Assembly (NCBI GenBank): GCA_032718475.1
Contig: JAUCBJ010008430.1
Span: 1-64,000 of the forward strand
Length of the DNA: 64,000 nt
Origin: Nemertoderma westbladi
Lineage: Eukaryota > Animalia > Xenacoelomorpha
Direction of reading: 5' to 3'
Position numbers and translations under genes: made by a program. The notes beneath the pieces were generated by a model. It did not search any database. It was not told the DNA's origin and saw only the letters and a list, made by a program, of their open reading frames with translations. Positions within the stretch are counted from its first letter, which is position 1, and each line of letters opens with the position of its first letter. Below, piece after piece: positions 53,373 to 64,000 of this stretch.

Positions 53373-54779
53373 TCATACTGTTTTGAGATAGTCGATGTGG
53401 TCTGAGTGCTCCTCTTGTAAACTCTTGTCACATCTGAAAACATTTTCTGTGAGAAATTTAACGAATCTATCTGCGTAGCGTCGAGGGTTTTGGACTGATA
53501 TCCCTCTTCTCGACTGAAACAAAATGGCCTTCGTAAAAAATTCCATCTTCTTTTTTAACGTGTACCTTTGTAAAACATCGATTACTCCAAAGTAAATCAT
53601 AACTCGATGTCCTGTGTGGTCTATCGCCGGAATGCCACCCCAAGCTTCATCAAGCTCTTCTTGTAATGACAAGTTTACCGGAAGAGCCGACAACGGTGTC
53701 CCTCTGATGTCCTCCATCACCGTGGCCAACACTCTGGCGTCCCTGTAAGATTCCTTTCGCTTATAAATGGTAAAGGAATTGTTCGCCGATAGATATCTAC
53801 TCGATGAGTTTGTTATTTGCGACATGGGAGATCCGTTGCGGACTGCCAACAGCTCGCGGATGCTGTTTGCCTCAAAGTTAGTATAGTCTTCGGTTGAGCG
53901 TCGCTCGTATTTAACTCTGTCCATATCGTAGACGCCTACCAGTAGACTATAGTCAATAATGTTACAACTTGTGAGTATGGCTGCGTCTAAGGTAATTGTT
54001 CTTTTGAGCGCTGACCACACCTCCTCATTCAGTAAGTACGCACCGTGTTCGTGTCTGAAATCCAAGTCTTTGAGGGTGGGCCTCGGTTTCCTGAGCTCTG
54101 TTTTCTTTGCTTTTCTCGTTTTTATGGATCCCTTGAAATCAAATTTTAAGTGAATATTAAATTTATTAGGTAAAATGTTGTTCATGACAACCAAATATAT
54201 GTTTTTATTGTTTCTCTTGTAAGAATAGAAACCGAATAGTTTAGGTAACAAAGTAGCCGGTCTTTCGAATATATTTTTATAGTATACAGGGAGTATTCTT
54301 AGGATGCATTTGGCTTCGGTAGTTCGAACAGTTTTTATGATAAGTTCGTCGTTTCCTGAGATGAAGAAGAGACTGCCAGAGCGACCTGGATTAGGGAATT
54401 CATACAAAGCTTCGGTACAAATGGTATTAACGTATCCCTTCTGTGTAATCTTGAAGAGTTTACGGAAATGCCTGAATGCATATTGGGAGTGGCTGGTAAA
54501 CTTAAACGGTGGTTGTTTGATTGGCGTTGACGGATCAGCTGCTAGGTTCACGGTTATTTGCCCTTCGAATTCGCTGCATCTTTCTTCGTGAAGTTGGTTG
54601 TCGTTGACTATATCCTTGTTTAGATGTTTCACTCCAACTTGTATTGCTTCCATTATGTGGGCGGAAGGAGCCCCCTTGTAAATGAATTTACCATGCGCGT
54701 CAATGCGTAGGCGTCCGCTTGTTCCTGTTTTAAGGCAAGATCCGCATTCGAATGTCGATTCTTGACTGTACGATGTCAT
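53373..54779 (-). CDS. PIP5K1: Intronless type I phosphatidylinositol-4-phosphate 5-kinase-like protein (468 aa from the first ATG), nested antisense in ABTB1 intron 4
   Basis: Motifs NPGRSGSLFF, IIKT, TLLPK, VMNN, DFKGS, TLKDLDF, IDYSLLVG, GVIDVLQRY, KKMEF and YADRF. The ORF is intact. Confidence 0.9.
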   Translation of the reverse strand: MTSYSQESTFECGSCLKTGTSGRLRIDAHGKFIYKGAPSAHIMEAIQVGVKHLNKDIVNDNQLHEERCSEFEGQITVNLAADPSTPIKQPPFKFTSHSQYAFRHFRKLFKITQKGYVNTICTEALYEFPNPGRSGSLFFISGNDELIIKTVRTTEAKCILRILPVYYKNIFERPATLLPKLFGFYSYKRNNKNIYLVVMNNILPNKFNIHLKFDFKGSIKTRKAKKTELRKPRPTLKDLDFRHEHGAYLLNEEVWSALKRTITLDAAILTSCNIIDYSLLVGVYDMDRVKYERRSTEDYTNFEANSIRELLAVRNGSPMSQITNSSSRYLSANNSFTIYKRKESYRDARVLATVMEDIRGTPLSALPVNLSLQEELDEAWGGIPAIDHTGHRVMIYFGVIDVLQRYTLKKKMEFFTKAILFQSRRGISVQNPRRYADRFVKFLTENVFRCDKSLQEEHSDHIDYLKTV

Positions 54780-55053
54780 TGTTCTTTGTATATTATGCTC
54801 TTTGGTCTTATTTATATTATTTTTCAATGCTAGCCATTAATCGTGCTCGTGTAATACCATTATAAATAAGTTAGGTAGTTATATAGTTCTAGAACTATGT
54901 AGTAAGGTGTTGGTACATGTTCCGTTCTTTCACAGTACCAAACTAGCTAGTTGTTACTAATTTTCTTTATTACTTTTCTAGAACATGTTAACATATTTAT
55001 TTAAAAAATAATGTTATAGAACAAATATTTTATGTGCTAGAACATATTTTCGA

Positions 55054-57009
55054 AAACATATGTTAGCCTCCATAAACATATGTTAGCTTCCATAAATATA
55101 TGTTAGCTTCCATAAACATATGTTAGCTTCCATAAACATATTTTAGCTTCCATAAACATATGTTAGCCTCCATAAACATATGTTAGCTTCCATAAATATA
55201 TGTTAGCCTCCATAAACATATGTTAGCTTCCATAAACATATGTTAGCTTCCATAAACATATGATAGCTTCCATAAACATATGTTAGCTTCCATAAACATA
55301 TTTTAGCTTCCATAAACATATGTTAGCTTCCATAAACATATGTTAGCTTCCATAAACATATGTTAGCTTCCATAAACATATGTTAGCTTCCATAAACATA
55401 TGTTAGCTTCCATAAACATATGTTAGCTTCCATAAACATATGTTAGCTTCCATAAACATATGATAGCTTCCATAAACATATGTTAACTTCCATAAACATA
55501 TGTTAGCTTCCATAAACATATGTTAGCTTCCATAAACATATGTTAGCTTCCATAAACATATGTTAGCTTCCATAAACATATGTTAGCTTCCATAAACATA
55601 TGTTAGTTTCCATAAACATATGTTAGCTTCCATAAACATATGTTAGCCTCCATAAACATATGTTAGCTTCCATAAACATATGTTAGCTTCCATAAACATA
55701 TGTTAGCTTCCATAAACATATGTTAGCTTCCATAAACATATGTTAGTTTCCATAAACATATGTTAGCTTCCATAAACATATGTTAGCTTCCATAAACATA
55801 TGTTAGCTTCCATAAACATATGTTAGCTTCATAAACATATGTTAGCTTCCATAAACATATGTTAGCTTCCATAAACATATGTTAGCTTCCATAAACATAT
55901 GTTAGCTTCCATAAACATATGTTAGCTTCCATAAACATATGTTAGCTTCCATAAACATATGTTAGTTTCCATAAACATATGTTAGCTTCCATAAACATAT
56001 GTTAGCTTCCATAAACATATGTTAGCTTCCATAAAGATATGTTAGCTTCATAAACATATGTTAGCTTCCATAAACATATGTTAGCTTCCATAAACATATG
56101 TTAGCTTCCATAAACATATGTTAGCTTCCATAAACATATGTTAGCTTCCATAAACATATGTTAGCTTCCATAAACATATGTTAGCTTCCATAAACATATG
56201 TTAGCCTCCATAAACATATGTTAGCTTCCATAAACATATGTTAGCTTCCTAAACATATGATAGCTTCCATAAATATATGTTAGCTTCCATAAACATATGT
56301 TAGCTTCCATAAACATGTGTTAGCTTCCATAAACATATTTTAGCTTCCATAAACATATGTTAGCTTCCATAAACATATGTTAGCTTCCATAAACATATGT
56401 TAGCCTCCATAAACATATGTTAGCTTCCATAAACATATGTTAGCCTCTATAAACATATGTTAGCTTCCATAAACATATGTTAGCTTCCATGAACATATGA
56501 TAGCTTCCATAAACATATGTTAGCTTCCATAAACATATGTTAGCTTCCATAAACATATGTTAGCTTCCATAAACATATGTTAGCCTCTATAAACATATGT
56601 TAGCTTCCATAAACATATGTTAGCTTCCATGAACATATGATAGCTTCCATAAACATATGTTAGCTTCCATAAACATATGTTAGCTTCCATAAACATATGT
56701 TAGCTTCCATAAACATATGTTAGCTTCCATAAACATATGTTAGCTTCCATAAACATATGTTAGCTTCCATAAACATATGTTAGCTTCCATAAACATATGT
56801 TAGCCTCCATAAACATATGTTAGCTTGCATAAACATATGTTAGCTTCCATAAACATATGTTAGCTTCCATAAACATATGTTAGCCTCCATAAACATATGT
56901 TAGCTTGCATAAACATATGTTAGCTTCCATAAACATATGTTAGCCTCCATAAACATGTTAGCTTCCATAAACATATGTTAGCCTCCATAAACATATGTTA
57001 GCTTCCATA
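55054..57009. repeat. Minisatellite, 20-bp unit, ~97 copies
   Basis: CATAAACATATGTTAGCTTC, with palindromic core AACATATGTT. Confidence 0.97.
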
Positions 57010-57010
57010 C

Positions 57011-57555
57011 GTATGTAAATAATTGTTTAACGTGTACTGTAATCCATTATGGCGAGACGTCCAATAGAAGACACTAAATGACGAAAGCAAATGGCGACAG
57101 TGTTCAGTAAAACTGAACGGACACAGACGGTGACTAACTTTGCTTCAGTCGACTATAGTCAAGTTGGATTAATGATTTATCACATCCAAGCAGGAGATAA
57201 TTTCCAATAAACTTTAATTAGATTTATTATATTAATTATAATTAATAATAAGATTTAAATGTATAATTAATACTGTGTACCTGCTAATAAATTTAACTTA
57301 TATTCGATATATTTAGTACATGATTAAAATGTATAAATAAGTATCCATAAAATCCTTTCTTCACATACCGAACGCTGATAACTTGACATAATGTAACAAA
57401 ATTACATGCATCATTGGTTGCAAAGGTCACTTTTCAGCGTTAAAGACCCTTGTTTATTTATGTAAACCTCCCTCGCTGCGCTCGCTCAGTACATAAATAA
57501 ACTCGGGTCATAACGCTGCAAAGTACTACTTTGCACACAATGATGTAAATAGTTA
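57011..57555 (-). mobile_element. Truncated second copy of the 33834 DNA element
   Basis: Reverse complement of 33834-34358 joined to 35444-35518. Confidence 0.8.
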
Positions 57556-57840
57556 CTGACTTTCATTATATACTGTCTGCCTTAATAGTTTATTGAAGTT
57601 TGTTGAACACTAATCAATTGTTTTTAAACAAAAAATAGTAATGTTATGTTTTGTTAGGTAATGTTACAAAACACTTATAAAACACTTCAAAACCAGAAAT
57701 GATGTTTTTGCCCACAAAATGGAAACTTAAAAAAAAGTAAAATATATCAAAGTTTTCAACGTAATTGTCAACCAAATCATCCACATCCAAGGAACATTTA
57801 TTTTTGCATGGTATAGCAATTATACTAGCGATTTAAATAA

Positions 57841-59562
57841 TAACTATTTTACATACTTGTGTGTAAAGTAGCACTTTACAGTGTGATTATCCGAGTGGCT
57901 TTGTTACACGAACGAACTTTAGTGAGTGAGTGAAAATAAAGCCACAAGAATCAGAACACTATAAAGTACTTTGCAACAAGTATGTATGTAGTTTTATTCC
58001 AAAATTTTAACATTACGAAATGATTGTATATACATTATAAGTGATAGAAACTGCACAAATTATATTAGTTGCTGTATAAATAATTGTAAAAATGACATAA
58101 ATATGTTATAGATAAGTTAGCTTATATTTATCGCGGCGTTTGGAGCCATGTTAATAATAATATAGCTAGGCCCTACTGGTTATTAATAGCTATACCCCGG
58201 CTACCGGTAGGTAATGCAGTAGGCTTATCTGGCTGTCAGGCAAATTTCCACCTATTGTTTACGTGGGAACCAAAGACGGCGTTAAGTAATGTCCCCTTAG
58301 TGGACATTACTTAACGTCGTCATGCGTCGTCACGTAAACAATATCACCAAATACAATACGAAATGTACAGGCCAATACAATGCTGTAATGTCCTCTAAAG
58401 TTGTAAAGTGGTAAATAACAACTCGCTGTTAATACTAACGGCGTTGAGTAATGTTACAATTTTGGAATAATAACTATTTAATGTTTTAAACATAAAATAT
58501 ATAGTTAGAGATACTATATATTCTAGAATAAGAATATAGTTCTAGAACTCTATTATTTTAAACATTTAAACGGTATCCTTATTTATTTTTTTTGATGCGA
58601 TGTTTATTAATAAGACATCAATAATCTTATATATCGAATAATTCTTAAATGGTAGCTTAGCTAGTCTTTTTAATAAAGTTTCACTTTTATAGACTAATAA
58701 ACTAATAATACAGTGTACATATTGTACAATATTAATTAAATTTCATTAAGGATAAAAAGGATGTTTATTTGTTAATTCTGACAGTTCGTGAAAAGTAGTA
58801 TCTTTAATGACTAGCTAACATAAAAATTAATATTAAAGTTGCTTAACATTAATCGATCCACAAATTTATTTTATAACTTAACCAGTTTTTGCTTATTTCT
58901 TTTTTTAATGTTCTAGAACAAATTACCTATGCATTTTTAAATACATTATTTATTACTCCAAAATTGTAACATTACTCAACGCCCACTGTATTGCGAGTTG
59001 TTATTTAGCTCTTTACAACTTGTAGAGGACATTACACTATTGTATTGGCCTGTACAGTACATTTAGTATTGTATTGGTGTTGGAATGTCCCATGTTTATG
59101 TGGTAACCAATGACTGCGAGCTGTAATGTTGCGGCGTCATTGGTTACCACGTAAACAATAGGTGGTATTGAATATTAATTGCCTGACAACAAGATAGGCC
59201 TACTGCATTACCTACCAGTAGCTATTAATAACTAGTTGCTATAAACTATTAACATGGCTCCAAACGCCACCATAAATATAAGCTAACTTATTTATAACAT
59301 AATTTATGTCATTTTTACATTTATTTATACAGCAACTAATTTAATTTGTGCAGCTTCTATCACTTATAATGTATATACAATCATTTCGTAATGTTAAAAT
59401 TTTGGAATAAAACTACATACATACTTGTTGCAAAGTACTTTACAGTGTTCTGATCCTCGTGGCTTTATTTTCACTCACTCACTAACGTTCGTTCGTATAA
59501 CAAAGCCACTCGGATCATCACACTGTAAAGTGCTACTTTACACACAAGTATGTAAATAGTTA
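57841..59562. mobile_element. Foldback element with ~630-bp inverted arms
   Basis: Arms at 57841-~58490 and ~58935-59562. Termini TAACTATTT(T)ACATACTTGTGTGTAAAGTAGCAC are related to the 33834 family. Confidence 0.85.
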
Positions 59563-59817
59563 ATTATTTTAAATACATATTTTATTTTATTTTTAATTCT
59601 CAGTCGAAAGTAAGCACAAATGTATTACAGTTAAAATATCTAGAACGCCACCTAGTGTCCAAATTTGGTCTTTATAGTTAAGTGAAGTATATGCAATATG
59701 TGAAGCAAGACCCATACTCTAGAGCATGATAGTGTATGTGAATTTGAGTATAATATATTACATACTTTATTTAATCTTTTGCAATGAAACGGATTAATTG
59801 CTTTAACTGTTCTACAG

Positions 59818-60041
59818 GTTGCACAAAACCATCGTTGTTCAATGTCACTATGGTATCCATAGAAACGTCAAACAATGCAATAGAATTACGTAATGACTAT
59901 ACCGTTCTATCGTACCAAGCGTTACCAAGGGAACTATGCAGCTATATGGCTAAGGGGGAACTTCCTTTCAGCCCCGAAGGAATTAGTCCTCACGCCGACA
60001 TCTGTTTCTCTGTGGAGGGGCACAAATTCTACTGCCATAAG
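59818..60041 (+). CDS. ABTB1: ABTB1 exon 5
   Basis: tacag|CTKP...ALPREL...ELPF...DICFSVEGHKFYCHK|gtaaat. Confidence 0.92.
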
Positions 60042-60139
60042 GTAAATACCCTATCTACAAAGCAAGACTTATTATAAGAGCCAATATAGCGGGTGTAAGC
60101 GTTAAGCAGTCACCTGGTCCAGCCAGACACAGTCACTTG

Positions 60140-62908
60140 TGCAAACACCTGGTGCAGACACCTGGTACAGATACCTGATATAGACACCTGGTGCAGACAC
60201 CTGTTGCAGACACTGGTGCAGACACCTGGTGCAGACACCTGGTGTAGACTCCTGGTGTAGACACCTGGTATAGTGACCTGGTTCAGACACCTGGTGCAGA
60301 CACTAGTGCAGACACCCACTGCAGACACTGGTGCAGACACCTGGTGGAAACACCTGGTGGAGACACCTGATGCAGACAGCTGGTATAGACACCAGGTGCA
60401 GACACTGGTGCAAACACCTGGTGCAGACACCTGGTGCAGACACCTGGTGCAGACACCTGGTGCAGACACCTGGTGCAGACACCTGGTGCAGACACCTGGT
60501 GCAGACACCTGGTGCAGACACCTGGTGCAGACACCTGGTGCAGACACTGGTGCAAACACCTAGTGTAGACACCTGGTATAGACACCAGGTGCAGACACTG
60601 GTGCAAACACCTGGTGCAGACACCTGGTGCAGACACCTTTTAGCAAACACCTGGTGCAGACACCTGGTGCAGACACTGGTGCAAACATCTGGTGCAGACA
60701 CCTGGTGCAGACACCTGGTATAGACACCAGATGCAGACACTGGTGCAAACACCTGGTGCAGACACCTGGTGCAGACACCTGGTGCAAACACCTGGTGCAG
60801 AAACCTGGTGCAGACACTGGTGCAAACACCTGGTGCAGACACCTGGTATAGACACCAGGTGCAGACATTGGTGCAAACACCTGGTGCAGACACCTGGTGC
60901 AGACACCTGGTGCAAACACCTGGTGCAGACACTTAGTGCAGACTCTGGTGCAGACACCTGGTGTAGACACTGGTGCAGACACCTGGTATAGACACCAGGT
61001 GCAGGCACTGGTGCAAACACCTGGTGCAGACACCTGGTGCAGACACCTGGTGCAGACACCTGGTGCAAACACCTGGTGCAGACACCTGGTGCATACACTC
61101 AGTGCAGACTCTGGTGCAGACACCTGGTGTAGACACTGGTGCAGATACCCAGTGCAGACACCTGGTATAGACACCTGGTGCAGACACCTGGTGCAAACAC
61201 CTGGTGCAGACACCTGGTGCAGACACCTGGTGCAGACACCTGGTATAAACACCGGGTGCAGACACTGGTGCAAACACCTGGTGCAGACACCTTGTGCAGA
61301 CACCTGGTGCAAACACCTGGTGCAGACACCTGGTGCAAACACCTGGTGCAGACACCTGGTGCAGACACTCAGTGCAGACTCTGGTGCAGACACCTGGTGT
61401 AGACACTGGTGCAGACACCCAGTGCAGACACCTGGTATAGACACCTGGTGCCGACACCCAGTGCAGACACTGGTGCAAACACCTAGTGCAGACACCTGGT
61501 GCAGACACCTGGTTCAGAAACCTGGTGCAGACACTGCTGCAAACACCTGGTGCAGAAACCCTGTGCAGACACTGGTGCAAACACCTGGTGCAGACACCTG
61601 GTGCAGACACCTGGTATAGACACCAGGTGCAGACACTGGTGCAAACACCTGGTGCAGACACCTGGTGCAGACACCTGGTATAGACACCAGGTGCAGACAC
61701 TGGTGCAAACACCTGGTGCAGAAACCTGGTGCAGACACTGGTGCAAACACCTGGTGCAGACACCTGGTGCAGACACCTGGTGCAGACACCTGGTATAGAC
61801 ACCAGGTGCAGACACTGGTGCAAACACCTGGTGCAGACACCTGGTGCAGACACCTGGTGCAAACACCTGGTGCAGACACCTGGTGCAGACACTCAGTGCA
61901 GACTCTTGTGCAGACACCTGGTGTAGACACTGGTGCAGACACCCAGTGCAGACACCTGGTATAGACACCTGGTGCAGACACCTGGTGCAGACACTGGTGC
62001 AAACACCTAGTGTAGACACCTGGTATAGACACCAGGTGCAGAGACTGGTGCAAACACCTGGTGCAGACACCTTCTAGCAAACACTTGGTGCAGACACCTG
62101 GTGCAGACACTGGTACAAACACCTGGTGCAGACACCTGGTGCAGACACCTGGTATAGACACCAGGTGCAGACACTGGTGCAAACACCTGGTGCAGACACC
62201 TGGTGCAGACACCTGGTGCAAACACCTGGTGCAGAAACCTGGTGCAGACACTGGTGCAAACACATGGTGCAGACAACTGGTGCAGACACCTGGTATAGAC
62301 ACCAGGTGCAGACACTGGTGCAAACACCTGGTGCAGACACCTGGTGCAAACACCTGCGGGTGCAGACACCTGGTGCAGACACTCAGTGCAGACTCTGGTG
62401 CAGACACCTGGTGTAGACACTGGTGCAGACACCCAGTGCAGACACCTGGTATAGACACCAGGTGCAGACACCTGGTGCAGACACCTGGTGCAAACACCTG
62501 GTGCAGACACCTGGTGCAGACACTCAGTGCAGACTCTGGTGCAGACACCTGGTGTAGACACCTGGTATAGATACCTGGTGCAAACACCTGGTGCAAACAC
62601 CTGGTGCAGAAACCTGGTGCAGACACTGGTGAAAACACCTGGTGCAGACACCTGGTGCAGACACCTGGTGCAAACACCTGGTGCAGACACCTGGTGCAGA
62701 CACTCAGTGCAGACTCTGGTGCAGACACCTGGTGTAGACACTGGTGCAGACACTGGTGCAGACACCCAGTGCAGACACCTGGTATAGATACCTGGTGCAA
62801 ACACCTGGTGCAAACACCTGGTGCAGAAACCTGGTGCAGACACTGGTGCAAACACCTGGTGCAGACACCTGGTGCAAACACCTGGTGCAGACACCTGGTG
62901 CAGACACT
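60140..62908. repeat. Minisatellite, 12-13-bp unit, ~210 copies
   Basis: ACACCTGGTGCAG with higher-order variant patterns. It begins ~100 bp after the exon 5 donor. Confidence 0.95.
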
Positions 62909-63172
62909 AACCACTAACCCTGATGTCAAACCCTTCCAGAAGCGCCAATTGAACTTTCGCACTACGCTTCTTCTACACGCTTCTTTTAGCTTTCTAAAAT
63001 GTGGGGTCTGTTTTATTCCTAACCAAGTTCTTCGTCAATACGGGATGGTGTTAGATCATTTTGAAACATTGTAAGACAAGACGGACGGTCGTATAGACAC
63101 GATAGGTTCCACCATTACAACCGTTTTCCCACAGACGTACGCGAATTACGGACGACAATAATTTATTTACAG

Positions 63173-63343
63173 GTATTTCTATGTGGCCGATGCGATTACC
63201 TAAACACGGTGATTAAAGACCCGTTGAATGAGTCCCTGAATTCTTGCGATCCCATATCGTGTTTGCCGCTGGTAAAACTCAGTGGCGTTTCCGTTCAAGT
63301 GTTTCATAAGATCCTAGTTTATATATATTCTGACGACACAGAA
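63173..63343 (+). CDS. ABTB1: ABTB1 exon 6 (BTB2)
   Basis: tacag|VFLCGRCDYL...VFHKILVYIYSDDTE|gtaagt. Confidence 0.92.
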
Positions 63344-63580
63344 GTAAGTCTCGATTGTCATGGTTACCATTTTAAAATTAAGACATTTCCTTAAAAGTGA
63401 GACTCAATGTCATCGCTGGTTTGCTGCTGAAATTTGTATCATTTATTATGTTGCTTTTACGGAAAAATTAAATGAAACATAATAAGTATGTGTAAACTAA
63501 AATATTTAAAGTGTTATATTAAACATTAATTTTTAGTTTTCAAGTTATTTACATTTTCAAAATTGTTCTTCTCCTCTCAG

Positions 63581-63781
63581 GTTTCTCCGGACATCGCATA
63601 CGATTTACTCGCAACCGCAGAAATGTATCTTTTAAACGGCCTGAAACGGATCTGCGCGAATTGTATCGCGAGTAATATCTCCTTGGAAACCGCGGTGAAT
63701 GCGGTGGTAGCATCGCGACTATTTAATCTCCCCAGGTTGGAGGCGCAATGCACGGAGTTTATGGCCACTTGTTTAGATCAG
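63581..63781 (+). CDS. ABTB1: ABTB1 exon 7 (gene continues past the window)
   Basis: ctcag|VSPDIAYDLLATAEMYLLNGLKRICA...LPRLEAQCTEFMA..DQ|gttcgt. Confidence 0.92.
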
Positions 63782-64000
63782 GTTCGTATTTTAAGAAACA
63801 GCCTTTACCCATAGAGCTTATCTATATCCTTATCAGTTTTTACATTACCGTCCTTGTTTCTTACAAACCTTACTGCGATCCGAGTTTAAAACGACTCAAG
63901 TAGGTCTAATTCTAATCTTGTAAATGTGATCGAATACAGAAGTATGTTATACTAATACACCGTTGTAATAGGGATTACCTATTTATATGTTTTTATTTTA

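Noticed and set aside
60102-63074. Cys-rich keratin-associated-like ORFs
   Set aside because: These are translations of a 12-13-bp intronic minisatellite.

Overview
AT-rich animal (probably invertebrate) nuclear DNA carrying two spliced + strand host genes. One is the 3' half of a BTB/BACK-TLDc gene (exons 21526-33395); the other is ABTB1 (7 exons from 37123, running off the window end). An intronless type I PIP5K ORF lies antisense inside ABTB1 intron 4. The first 21 kb is mostly retroelements: a truncated gag-like ORF, a pol-less BEL/Pao-like LTR element, a young CsRn1-like Gypsy element with a -1 frameshift signal, and a solo LTR. A rearranged RTE LINE, several MITE/foldback elements and many minisatellites follow. 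The most striking feature is that 4 of the 10 visible splice donors have been amplified, together with the last 20-40 nt of their exon, into tandem arrays of about 17-200 copies; three of these arrays fill almost the whole intron. No acceptor shows this. All coordinates, copy numbers and identities were read by eye, and no database searches were run.
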